A DNA stretch of 64,000 nucleotides from contig CM022675.1 of the NCBI GenBank assembly GCA_012295275.1, positions 3,906,001 to 3,970,000 of the forward strand, in the 5' to 3' direction. The stretch's first letter is position 1. Every line of letters starts with the position of its first letter. Both the position numbers and the translations under genes were made by a program. Under the pieces are notes generated by a model. The model worked only from the letters and a program-made list of their open reading frames with translations. It was not told the origin of the DNA and did no database searches. Positions 1 through 20,643 of the stretch are shown piece after piece. Source of the stretch: Chrysomallon squamiferum (Eukaryota; Animalia; Mollusca).

Positions 1-471
1 TTTATTATTATTATTCACATGAAAAGTACACATATGTTCCCATTTGACACGGAGTATGATTTAAATAGCTTATATTACTGATAATGTTACAATATCATTA
101 CAAAGTGTGTTCTGTATCAGAGAAATGGAGTATCATTTCACAACCACCACTACTACAACTACTACTGCAACCATTATTTATCCACTACCACTACTACAAC
201 TGTTATCAATACCATTACTACTACTACTATTATTATTACTTCTAGTAGTAGCATTAGTACTACAATTGCAACAACAACGACAAGTATTACTACTGCTACT
301 ACTACGACACTGAAACTATTCGACTGTCGGTATAGCTGCTTTAAACTCTGTAATCAAGTAAATAGGAAAATTTCACTTACGACTTTCTATAAATCAGTTT
401 CTCAATTGCTTTGCACTACTTAGTTTTTATTATTTATTTATTTATTTTTCTTCTTGTCTTTATTATTATTA

Positions 472-529
<58 letters not shown>

Positions 530-535
530 CTCAAA

Positions 536-556
536 TGACGTAAATATCTGACGTCA
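536..556. promoter_or_regulatory. CRE-type motifs in putative promoter of the WSC-domain gene
   Basis: TGACGTAA at 536 and palindromic TGACGTCA at 549-556, ~50-70 bp upstream of the proposed ATG at 606. Confidence 0.4.
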
Positions 557-605
557 TCAGAAGCATGACCTTGGAGTGGAACTTTTAAGCTTTTACCTCT
601 ACATA

Positions 606-7316
<6,711 letters not shown>

Positions 7317-7552
7317 AGTTATCTACCTTTGCTTTAAAGTTATCTACCTTTGCATTAGAGTCTGGAGACATCTACGTTTCCTTCATTAGGATGTTAGCTA
7401 TATGTCTTTTCTTAGGCCAGTTATCTTCAGAGTTATCTCCTTTCTTTTACTCTAGAGTTATCTACCTTACCTTCATTCTGCCATTTCTTTTTCTTCTTCT
7501 TCTTTCGTTCTTTTTTCTTTTTCTTTTATACTTTTCTTTTGCCTCTTGTTTC

Positions 7553-7590
<38 letters not shown>

Positions 7591-7962
7591 CTCTACGATA
7601 TACATTTTTAAAACTCTGTTTTTTTTTTTTCTTTTTTCTACAGAGCAATCCAGCTTTCTTATATTATCTTAGAGTTATCTATCTTGGTTTTTCTGTGGTG
7701 TCTGTGTCTCTCTGAAGAAGATTAAAGTGTGTGTGGTGAAATGCACAAACGAAACGTAGTCAGCCTGACTTCGTTGACTGCTACTTTACGTTGTTCTAGG
7801 GCTATAAAAGTCCTTTTCACGAAAAATTATCCGCGTTCTTCAGAAAACTGTGTCTAACTTAATCATCAAAGAATACCAGTGCGTTTGGTTCAGAGAAGGC
7901 TTGGTATATATAACTGATATCCATAAGCCAACAACAACAACAACAACAACAAAAACAACATC

Positions 7963-8012
<50 letters not shown>

Positions 8013-11004
8013 TGATGATGATGATGATGATAATGGTGATGATGATGATGATTATGATGATGATAATAATAACAATGAAAATAACAATAATAATAGTAAT
8101 AATACCAAAAATTCACGATTTATTTAAAATGCACACAATTCTCCCACGCCTCTGTAACATAATTAATGTTCTGTTTCTATTCTCACTTATTTCCACCTGC
8201 GTTGTTTTGTGGTTATTTAATCACAAGTGTCAAACGAGCAAACAAATCAGTTTCGTTGTTGACTGTCAAACAAAACATGTTTTCATTGGACGTAAAATGA
8301 TGGGCGGAGCTTCGACGTAACTGACTCCTGAAATAAACGTATTTTCATTGGAGATTTTGTTTGATTCCAGTTTTAAATCAATACATGTTTGAATTAAATC
8401 GTGTTAAAACCATCATTTGTTTTTGAGCTGGACTTTTTCTGTATTAAAACGTGTTTTAGTTTAACTGTTTTATATCAATATGTATTTGAGTTAAGTTCGT
8501 GCTATGTAAACACGTATTTAAATTAAACTGATTTAAATGAAAAGTTAAGATTTAAACGTAAAAACAAGAAAAGTGAACTCTCTGACACCGATTGTCCTCA
8601 GGTTTTTCTTTATCTTTTCTTTTTCTTTCTTTCTTTCCTTCCCTTTCTTTCTTTCTCTTTCTTTCTTTCTTTCTTTCTTTCTAATACTTCAATGATGAAA
8701 AATAAAAATAGCTTCTGTGTAATAGTTTTATCAAGACTGTTTAGCTTTTTAAAATTAACAACAAATATTTCTTAAATAATTTAAAATCTAACAACAGTGT
8801 TAATAATCTATCTGCCTACCTATATATCCATCCATCCATCTATCCGTCTGTCTGTCTACCTTATCTATCTATCTATCTGTTTGTCATATTTTCTGTTTGT
8901 CTGTCTCTCTGTCTATCTGTAAGTATGTCTGTTTGTCTCTTTGTCTATCTCTCTATTAATCTCTCTATCTATATATCTACTAGTATCTATCAGTCTGTTT
9001 ATATATTTTTTTATCTATCTGTCTATTCATCTATGTATTTATCTGTCTACCTATTTTTCTATATATCTATAATGTAATAATACACACACACCTACATGTA
9101 AGCAATCATTTCACAAAGCATTAACTGACGGACATACACACAGACACATACATATAAATATATGAAGGTTTAATGCAAAATAACAGAGACAAACACAAAG
9201 TGTTTAAACAGATGGAAAAAAACAAAAAACATTATAAAGACATACACACACATATACATACATACATACATATATACAAAGTAATAACTATCACCCATCA
9301 ACCCCCACCAAAAAAAAAGACACACAGAAATACAGACATAAACGAAGGAAAATGAATGCGTAAATAAGTTCTACCCAAATCAAAATTTTTTTTCATTGCT
9401 GAAGTGTCTTTATTACACTAACAAATACGTTTCCTAAATAAATATTATAATTATAATCTGAGAGCTTTAGAAAATGATTTTGTTTTATTGCTGTAATAAA
9501 TAACGGAATCAGTTTTCAAGTATTTAATATTAAGAACACGTTTAGAACAACGCATTAGAAATTCATCGAACGTCAATTTCAAAGGAATCCAATAAAAGAG
9601 AAATTCATTGCACTTTGAAAAGCTTTATACGTTTTGAATGAACTAATATTGTCAGTATAAAGATTTTAAAGTATTTAATTCGCTGAAATGAAATGCCGGC
9701 GAGCAGTAAAACAAATTACTTATGTTTTTGAACTCTTAACGCCCGCGCGCACTGAAATCTACACGAAAAGGAGGACGTTCCTCGAGTTATTAATGCTACT
9801 CCCGAAAAGACATAAATACTGGCGGCTCCTTTGATCCCACAAATAGATATAAATATCTTTTATTCACCCCGTATACGACCGCTAACTGGGTGGGATAAAC
9901 GTAGCTGTTGTGTTTTCGTTCTCATCCTCTCCGTCTCTTTGAAGTGGGGCAATTAAAAAACGTTACCACCCGTGAAGGTTTACTTTAAAAAAACAACTAC
10001 ACGCTTTTAATTGTGGGGTGCAGAATGAGAGAGAAAGAGAGAGGGAGAGGGAGAGGGAGAGAGGATCCGCGACTTAAATCTTAGAAAAACGCGCCGAAAG
10101 GAACACGGTTTTTAAAACGCAACACCGTTAGAAGTTTCCAGAACTAGACAATGGAGTCGCTCGTAAACTCACTCTGCGCTTTAAAGAGATTGGTCGTTAA
10201 GAAAACATTGTCGCGTTCCCAGACGGAAGTGCATCATGACAATGGCGGCTCGTACCGACTAGAAAGGAAAGCGCTTGATCTTTCCGATAATCGTGTTTAC
10301 TTATTTTAATTACCAGATTGGTTCTGTGGCTGTTTGTTTAGATTGTCACTGATTGTTTTAAAGATGCATTGTCCGCCATGTTTTGTGCTTTTAACTGATT
10401 TCTGTTTCTGATAATCAAACAGAACGTTTTTAATTGCCATTACAGTGTTTATATCTAATGCCTTTGTTTATGTATTTATTTATTTATTTAATTTATTTAT
10501 TTATTTGTTTGATTGTTTACTTATTTATTCGTTCATTTATTTATTTATTTATTTAATTTTATTTTATTTAATTTAATTCTTCTTTATTTTATTTTGATGC
10601 TTGCTTCCTACTTTCTTTTTTTTTCCTTTTTTTTTTTTTTTTGTTTCTCTTCATTTAATTTAATTTTATTTCAGTATAATTCAATTTGCAATATCTAAGA
10701 CACAGATGACATCAGTTAAATTCGACAATGAATAAACACATAAACACACAAACTTCCATTAGTTCTAGTTATTGTCATATAAAAAAGTCCAAACCAAATA
10801 ATGTCCGAATGAAAAAGTTTATTTAACGAACATAAAAAACCACAATTTGTTTGTTTGGTTGTTTGTTGTTTGTTTGTTTGTTTGTTTGTTTGTTCGTTCG
10901 TTTGTTTGTCAAAACTATAATGGAATTATTACTATTATAAATGGATTATAATTACAACGACTGCCACTATTACTTCCATTCATTGTTTTGCTGCTACTAC
11001 TACA

Positions 11005-11035
<31 letters not shown>

Positions 11036-12194
11036 ATACTGCTGCTGCTGCTGCTACTAAAACTACTATTACTAGTACTACAGCTACTGCTACTATTACT
11101 GTATTTGTACTACTGCAGTTATTATTACAATTGTAAATACTACTACGATTACTACAACCAATATTACTGCTACCACTACCACTACTGCACCAATTACGAC
11201 TACTGTTGCTTCAACTACTACTACTACTACTGCCACTGTTGCTGCTTCTACTAATAATATGCTGGTGATGATGATAATAACAATACTGATGATGTCAACT
11301 ACACAAAGAAATAAATAAATAAAAAAGAATTTGAAATATTTGTATAGAAGAAAATAGTAACAATTTAAAAAAGAAAACGAAGAAAAAAAAAATAACAAGT
11401 AATTTAAAAAGATACATAAAAAATGAGATATAAATCAATTTTTATAAAAGTTATTTTAAACGGACCTAACTAAGCGAAGGTTTTAAAGAATATGACGGGT
11501 AAGTATCAAACCGTTCCATTGAAACGTGAGTTGTAAAACTTCTAAGTTCTATTATTACCTATAAACGTATGTTAGTCTTTTCTTTTGTAGTGTGGGGGGT
11601 TTGTTTACCGTAAAATTTTACCTCCCCTGAAAAAAGTCAGATCAAAGGAGAGTGCTGATTGAAATCACCGATAGACTCGCCTTTTATTGCTTTTAGCCAG
11701 GCACTATCATAGCTTTGGCTAAATCTCTAGTATGTTTCGCCTCTTAAACACACAAGAAACCATCAATAAAAATAATTTCTACCCGAGTTTTTATCAGCTG
11801 TAAACATTTTGTGGCTTTCGAAATTTCGAGGTGGAAAAACCGACACCCGAATAGTTCGAGAGTGGTTCAGCAGGTGCAGTGTAACGCGGTAGTGGTTTTA
11901 CCGGTGTAGGGGAGGTAACTCTGATTGTGCGGTTAGTTTAAATTAGCGAACTTGTTGGGAGTGGATGAACGCTGTTTCGGACTGAAAATCCAAATTAAAA
12001 TCTTCGTTTGTCATTCAGTAATTAAACTGTGTATTCACAGTCTGCGCTGCTCACATCAAGTGCTGTAATATATTTTCTAATTACGCTTTATTAGTATCCA
12101 TTAATTTCCTCCATCCGCTGTGGAGGCATCGCTATTTAGCGAACAAAACACAGTCGCCAGACCAGCCGGTTTAAGGACCTCCCACAATGGGAAA

Positions 12195-12360
12195 TACCGA
12201 TGAGGCGTGGCTAACTTGTTAGCTCCGCCCACTCATTCAAAAACTTTCTTACCTTGTCTGTCTGCTACGTAATAAGTGACGAGTTTATTTTTCTGCGTGG
12301 TGCTGCCGTGATAAGGCCACACTGACACGACTCGATTCACGACGTGAAATATTTCAGCTG
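12195..12360 (+). promoter_or_regulatory. Putative Evx proximal promoter
   Basis: GC-box-like GAGGCGTGGC (12202) and CTCCGCCCAC (12223) in unique sequence ~480 bp upstream of the ATG. The TSS cannot be determined. Confidence 0.4.
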
Positions 12361-12496
12361 AAACTAGATACTGCATTTTCATTCTGAAACTAGATACTGT
12401 TCTCCTGTCTGAAATTGAATTTCGCACTTGAGTGTGATTTTTGAAATCAGAATGTTGTACGTTTGATTTAAAACTGAACAAGCGATCGATGGAAAG

Positions 12497-12544
<48 letters not shown>

Positions 12545-12701
12545 TATCTTGGTTTTTCTGAAGACGTCAGAGAAAAGTGAAATATTATTTATTAATTAAT
12601 TAAAAAAATAATAATAATAAAATTTAAAAAAAAAAAAAAAAAAAGAAGTTTATATATAGTACGAAAACTTTCAGAAAATTTCGGTGTAAGATTCGGTGCA
12701 C

Positions 12702-12933
12702 ATGACGCAGAACTCGATGTTGAAAACGGAAGAGTTGATCAACGTGGACGACGTCGCCGGTGACGATGAGTCCAGCAACGTTGACGTCGATGACAGCGGC
12801 TCCGACAACAGCATCCCCAGCCCCGGGTTGCAGGATTTTGACCGGGCGATGACGGGAAAACACGAAGACCTGAGAGAGGCCGCCACCCCGGAAGGAAGTT
12901 TGAGTCCAAACAGCACGCTGGAGTTTGATAAAG
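12702..12933 (+). CDS. Evx: Evx coding exon 1
   Basis: GC-rich acidic [20 protein letters not shown]...[11 protein letters not shown] ending at AAG|GTAGGT, phase 1, compatible with exon 2. Linkage across the 11.3-kb intron is inferred. Confidence 0.8.
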
Positions 12934-13484
12934 GTAGGTTTCGTTGAAAGTTTCACGTGTCTTCTGTCTTTCTGTGAGTGTGCGTGTGCGTATTTGCACG
13001 TTGTGTGTGTGTATGTTTGTTTGTTTCGGTAATTTTCATCATCAAAATATGATAATAATGTCCATGTATGTATGTATGTGTATGTATATATATATATATA
13101 TGTATGGTATGTATGTATGTGTGTATATGTGTGTATCTGTTCTATATAGATAGATAGATAAATATGTAATTATAGATATAGATATAGATATGTAATTATG
13201 TTAGAGTGAATATGACAAAGAATAGGTATTTTTGAGAAATTCAATAAACGTGGTTAGAGAGATACGGCAGCTGTTGTGAATATTGTGTATAATTCGTGTC
13301 TGAGGTTGAGAAAGAAAAGAGAAAGAAACGAACAAAGGAAATTTAGAAAAAGAACAGTCAAATAATGTATATTAATGAAAAGAAAAGAGAAAAGGACTAA
13401 ATAAAGAAAAAAAAACTAGAAAATAAAGAAGAATGAAAGAAAGTAAACTGTATAAAGATTATTTAAGATGATATTGTCTATGCA

Positions 13485-13537
<53 letters not shown>

Positions 13538-13760
13538 CATAGTAATAATAGTAATCATCATCATCATTATCATTATAATTATATGTTTATTAATAGTATA
13601 TCTTTTGTCATTGTTTGAGTTTTTAAAAACCTTTTATCTAAATATCAATACTTATTTTAGTTTCTCTGTTTTTTCTTTATTTTTCTTCATTAATTTAATA
13701 TATGTAAATAACATATTTATTTATTTTTTTTTTATTATTATTATTATTATTGCTGTGATT

Positions 13761-13791
<31 letters not shown>

Positions 13792-13912
13792 TTATTATCA
13801 TTATTATTATTATTTTGTTATTTTATTATTTTTCTTTCTTTAGATTCATTAACTATTTTTAAATACAGATTTATTATATATTTTCTTCCCTTCTTATTAG
13901 CTTGGGTATTTA

Positions 13913-13961
<49 letters not shown>

Positions 13962-16576
13962 TAAATTGAAGTAGTATATTCTACTTATTGCTTCTTTGTT
14001 CCTTTAATTTCTAGATATCTGAGCACATTTTAAATGTTTCATTCTTTCTAACTAATAAATAGGAATTAAATTACTGCTGACGTAATCGCAAATTTTATAT
14101 ATTTTTGTTTACTAGAGAAACCTTTGTTAGTTTCCGAAAAATGTATTTAAATTAACATTTGATATAAATTACTGATTAAATTGTACATAAAAATGTAACT
14201 CCTTAGTAGTAGTAGTAGTAGTAGCTGTAGTAATAATAATAATAATAATCATGATGATGATGATAATGATAATGATAATGACAATAATAAGCATCATTAT
14301 CATCATCTTAATAATAATCATAATGATGATGTTGATGGTGATGATGATGATGATGATGATAATCATAATAAAAAAAACACCACTACTGCTATTACTATTA
14401 AGTAGCTTCATAAAGATAATTTTTAAAATAATAATTAATCAAATAATAAAAATTCTGTTTTTTAAAACCCATTTTTTAAAGTTATTTAGTAAATAAATAA
14501 TTAAGTAAATGAATTTATATTCTATTTAATTGTTTGGTCTTCTACAGAAACTAATAATAATAATAACAACAACAACAACAACAACAACAACTCAACTACA
14601 ACAACAACAATAATAATAATGATGATAATGATAATAATAATAATAATAATTATTATTAATATTATTATTATTATTATTATAATACTGATAATAATAATCA
14701 TACGGATAATAATAATAATGATAATATGGTGATTATGATAATAAAAATAATAACGACAATCAAAATACAAAATATATAGATCATTTTTAAATAATTTAAT
14801 TAAAAATAAATAAATAAATAAATAAATAAAATAATTAAAATAAAACAAAATAAAATTAAATTAAATTATATTAAATTAAATTAAATTAAATTAAATTAAA
14901 AAAAAATTAAAAATAAAATAAAGCACTCTTTTTCAAATAGCTGGGATCAGTTTGTACGTAACTGAATGGATGCCAGGGGAGGGGGTGGATGTGATACGTG
15001 CCGAAATGAAGGCCTTTTGTGATTTGATCCACATACTTAACTTGTTCTGACATCTGTGGTCTTTATGTTTCTCAAGCTGAGTTTTTATTTCTTAATTCTT
15101 TTATTTATGCTTGAGTGAACAAATCGTTCGATTCATTAAATCTACATCATTAAACATGAAATGAAATCAGACTAATGATAATAGTAGCGGTAGTAGTAGT
15201 ATTGTAGTAGTAGTAGTAATTGTAGTAGTAATTGTAGTAGTAAGTAGTAGTAACAGTAGTAGTAGTAATGATAATAATAGTAATAATAGTAATGGTTATA
15301 ACAATAATTATGATAATGGTGACGAAGAAGATAATAATGATAATAATAGTTGTAGTAATAGTAGTAGTAGTAGTAGTAGCAGAGGCAGCAGTAGCAGAAG
15401 TAGTACTAGCAGTAGTAGTACTAGAAGAGATAATAATAATGATAATAATAATTATAATTATGGTGAAGAAGTATATGATTATGATAGTAGTAGTAGTAGC
15501 AGCAGTAGCAATAGTAGTAGCAGTAGTAGTACTAGAAGTGATAGTAATCAGGAAAGAGAGAACAAATAACTGAATTATAAACTGAAAAAGGAAGAAAGAT
15601 TAGAAAATGAATTAACATAAATTAATAATTTAAAAAATAATGACAATTTAAACTGCAGAAAGAAATAAACACATTTATACTATTAATTCTCGTGTGTGCG
15701 TGTATGCTACAGGAATTCCGTTTTAGATATGAATTTAATTTTTGAAGTAGGACATGTTAACAATATATGTTAAAAATTGCTGTTTAGATATTTCAATATT
15801 TTATTTTCATTATTAAAAATATTTGAATGGGAGATACTGATATGTATTCAGCGAAAAGAGACTGTTTTAATATTATAATTTAATTAATATATAAAATAAT
15901 TGTAATTTATTTTTAAATAATATTTGTGTCCAGTTAAATTTAAAAATTATTAATAACAGTCGTGTTAAAATAACGAAATAATTCACCTTTATTCAGAAAA
16001 TTTATTTCACAGAAAAATTCACAGCGGTATAAAGAGTTGGTAATAATTATTAGTAATCATTTCTTGTTTTTTTATTTGTTTTCAATCTAAGTAAGAACTT
16101 AATTATTTGTTCTTCGTTCTTATACATTGTTTTCTAGAATTGAAAATATGTTTGTTAAATTTCTATCTATTTTATACTAGGATTTTTATTTTATTTTTTC
16201 ATATTTTATTTGTAAATTGACAGAATTGTGGCAGCAAATTACACTTTTTATATTTGTTTCCTGAAGTTTTGTATTTCTTTCTTTTCATTTCACAATATTT
16301 CCTTTTTCTTTCTTTCTTGTTTTTCTTTCCATGATTCCTTCTTTTCTTTCTTTCATTCTTTCTTTCTTTCTTTCTTTCTCTTTTGTTTGTTTGTTTGTTT
16401 TCTTTTCTTTCAGTATTTATTTCAATCATTTTTTCTTTTTTCTTTCTTTCCATCATTCCGTGTTTTTCTTTCACTATTTATTTCTTTAATCTAATTATTT
16501 ACATGTACGTATTTATTTACCAGCGATAAATCACACATTCAACAGCGCATTCAAAAATAAAACTTGCGACATCTCA

Positions 16577-16643
<67 letters not shown>

Positions 16644-16828
16644 TTGAACCTTCATACACTGACGTAGATAGGTTAACATCTGTTAGATATTTATTTCTTC
16701 CTATTTTATAAACACTCACGGTTACAGGCGAAAGATTTATTCCGTGCATAGAAACCAGAATTATATTCACGCTTATCTACGTTAGTCAAGGTCTATCGAT
16801 TTTCTCCATTTTCTCGAGTAAAGTGATA

Positions 16829-16859
<31 letters not shown>

Positions 16860-18070
16860 TTCAAAACACATGTACCCTGCTTTTAAATTGCCCGACCTTT
16901 GTAAACAAGTTGTTCATGATTAAGTTTAATACTGTTCCGTATCTCAAAATTAACTGATGAAATAATTTCAGAAATTAAAAGAATGTAAATAAATATTATA
17001 GCTGTTATGGAAACGAATGGGATAGGTATAGAGGTAGATGATGAAACAGACAGACAACGAGAAATACACAGAGAGAGAACACACTTCAAAACTTTATTCG
17101 ACGTAAATATAAACACACCAGTAACAACAACAGTAAAACCGCCACAACTTATCATCATCATCATCATCTTCTTCATCATCTTCGTTAATGATTATTACAA
17201 CAACTTTGTATCAAAAAATATTTTTATTCTCATGATTTGAACAGCGAATAAAAATTCGTTTTGATAATTCTACACAATAAAGACAAAAAACAAAACAGAC
17301 TGTGTGAATTTAGAACATTTCCTTGGCTTGTGTTTTTTTTTTTTTTTTTTTAATGTTTTTAACGTCACATTTTGACTCGGTTCCATGTCTGATAAACCTT
17401 TCTTATACTTGACCAATTGCCGTGTTTGTTACTGTCAGACCACGTGACAGGTCATCCATCTTGAATTAATTAGTTAGCGCGTGAGCTTATAAATAAAACA
17501 CCTGTCTTATGACCATTGTCCAGGTAGACAAGACAAATTGCGGATTTCTTATTTTACTGTGAATAACACTATCTATCAATTTCACTTGTACAAGAAACAA
17601 GAAAACACGGAGAGGCCTTGACGAGGTTCTAAAACAACGAAAACAAAATCACTTTTAATCTGATTGAAAATATTTCGTTTATTTTAAGAAATAATAATTT
17701 AATCGTTTTTTCTTCTTTTTTTTTATTCACATTTTTAATGGATTTTATCTGACAGATATTTTTAAAATTTTATTTTAAAAGATGAAACGTTATACCAAAT
17801 AAGGCCTCTTTACGATACGCCCCCCGGGCCTTCAATAAGTCCACGTCTGCTCGCGCGCTGCGCGCTGTTTGTCGTCTGCCACTAGCAGTTATGGCTGATG
17901 TAAAATATATCAGATGTACGTTTGCTGTCTGCATCCAATCTTTTCTCACAATGTCTGTGCGATTTTAATTTCATTTCCGTGTACTTATTTTATTTATTTA
18001 ATTGTTGTTGTCGTCGTCGTCGTTGTTGCTGTTTTTATATTATTATTGTAATTATTATTATTATTATTAT

Positions 18071-18111
<41 letters not shown>

Positions 18112-18153
18112 CTACTACTAAAAGTAGTAGTAGTTGTATAACTATTATTATTA

Positions 18154-18189
<36 letters not shown>

Positions 18190-18427
18190 CATCATCATCA
18201 TCATCATCACCAATTCAATCTCGACATCATCATCATCAACAACAACAACATTATTATTACTCTGTATTTTATTACTATTAGACTGACTAATAATAGTAGT
18301 AGCATTTGTATTAATGGTAACAAAAGTAGAAATATAAGAATTTGCAGTTGCTTGTGTAATAGTAGTGGTAGTAGATACTAGCAGTCGTAGTAGTAGCAGT
18401 AGTAGTAGTAGTAGTAGTAGGAGTAGC

Positions 18428-18495
<68 letters not shown>

Positions 18496-18508
18496 CAGTA
18501 GCAGTAGC

Positions 18509-18539
<31 letters not shown>

Positions 18540-19819
18540 ATAGTAGTAGCAGGTATCCTCAGATTTGGAAAGTTTCACTTTTATTTAGAATTTTTGAGGT
18601 TTTTAACAAATTTATTTATTATTTTAAATTTTCTGTCAGTGTACAGAACACTGTAGAATACGTCTGTCAGTGTACAGAACACTGTAGAATACGTCTGTCA
18701 GCGTCTCTGTTGTACACTGTTATATTATGATCCATGTGAACCGTGTGCAACTTTTCAGTTGTGTCTTTTCATAATGTTACGGTGCCATTTTTGTCATGGA
18801 CCCCCCTCGTCAGAAAAGCTGGATCCGCCCCAGAGTAATAGTAGGTAGCAGTAGTAAGGTAATAAATAGTAAAAACTGTACAGTAATATAATATAATGTA
18901 ATGTGATATAATATAATATAATATAATATAATATAATATAATATAATATAATATAATATAATGTAATGTGATATAATATAATATAATATAATATAATATA
19001 GTATAATAATTTTGTTTTACTTCGATAACAGCTGTCGCTCGAAAACAAAGGAAAAAAATAAACGAATTCATTCATTTCTTTTTATTTTATTATTTTTTTT
19101 TTTTTTTTCAGAGCTCAGGTTTTTAGTTTTTCTCTTTCGCTATTTTATTTGCTCTGTAATACACGGGAAAGATCATCAAACCAAGTCACACAGAAATATT
19201 TAATGTTGGTAAACGAGAAAATTTAAAAGAACATCGCTTTGCCTTCTTCGTTTGATCTTTTCCACTCGCTGATTTTGGCTTCTTTCTACCCCGGTAAATT
19301 CCACAGGTTAGAATCGAATGCGCTCGCTTGTAAACCGGTTGTCGTCTGCGTTCAGCGATCGAGTAAAATCGGAATTTTTATTGAACAATTTTTACAGTGG
19401 TAGTGAGGACGTTTATGCTGGTTGTAAAAGCTGATCAGAACTTCAAAGATAAATGATCATTCGAGTGCGGTCATAGTTCAAAGTGTTTTTCAAAAACCAT
19501 ACGTTCGTGAAGCTTTCTCTGCATTGCAATTGTAGGACGAAGGTTAAAGGTCGTTTTCTTACCTTTTTTTCCTCCTGTTTTTTTATTGTCGTTTATTTAT
19601 TTATGGACCATTAATTTGCGTTGTGTAGGGAAAAGTGTGCACGCTGTTTATTTAAGATTTTGTATCGTGTGTATTATAAAGACAAATCTTGAACATGACG
19701 TTAATTTTGTTGTTTGAATTTTGTAAGTCGCTCGTCTGCTTTGTAAATTTTTTCCTGCATGTTGCCAATGGCAACAGAATAATTTTTATTATATTTTTGT
19801 TAAAAATAGAAATGAAAAG

Positions 19820-19857
<38 letters not shown>

Positions 19858-20121
19858 TAGAAAAAAAGAGAAACAAAGAACTAAAACAATGCTGCAAGTT
19901 ATAAAAACCATTAACCATTAATAAGAAAATAAAAATAAATTACAAAAACTAAATATTCTTACAATATTAAATAAAGATAAAATTATGCTTCACAATAGCA
20001 ATGCGATTTATTATTTTTAAAATAATTTTCTATGGCTATTATTTAATTTATTCATTTGTTATGACTACTACTACTACCACTACTACACTACTGCTACTTC
20101 TACTATAATTATTGATGTTAC

Positions 20122-20178
<57 letters not shown>

Positions 20179-20612
20179 TACTACTACTACTTACTACTAC
20201 TACTACTACTACTACTACTGTTTTCTATTGTTTCAATTATGAACTGGCCTAGAAAATAATAATTTTATTTCAAACTTAAATTAAACTTTAAATCGTCGTC
20301 TTTGTTGTGATTATCAACTGGTTATATTATCAAAATAACCTTATTTCAAAGTTAAATTAAACTTTTGTAACTGTTGATAAAATTAATATTTTAATTTAGT
20401 AATTCCTAACCGAAATCCATTTTAAAAAATTTTCAGTTGCGGATACTACTCTTTAAAATATTTAAATGTTTAATTATATTTGAATATAATGATAATTATG
20501 TGTGAATGAATGGAAATTAATATGAATAAACATTCATGTAATGGAATACATGGTATTTTGGTGCGATCGATTAATAGATATCGAGCATGTTATTATTATT
20601 ATTATTGTTATT

Positions 20613-20643
<31 letters not shown>

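Noticed and set aside
12624-12999. Three overlapping minus-strand ORFs
   Set aside because: Antisense shadows of GC-rich Evx exon 1.
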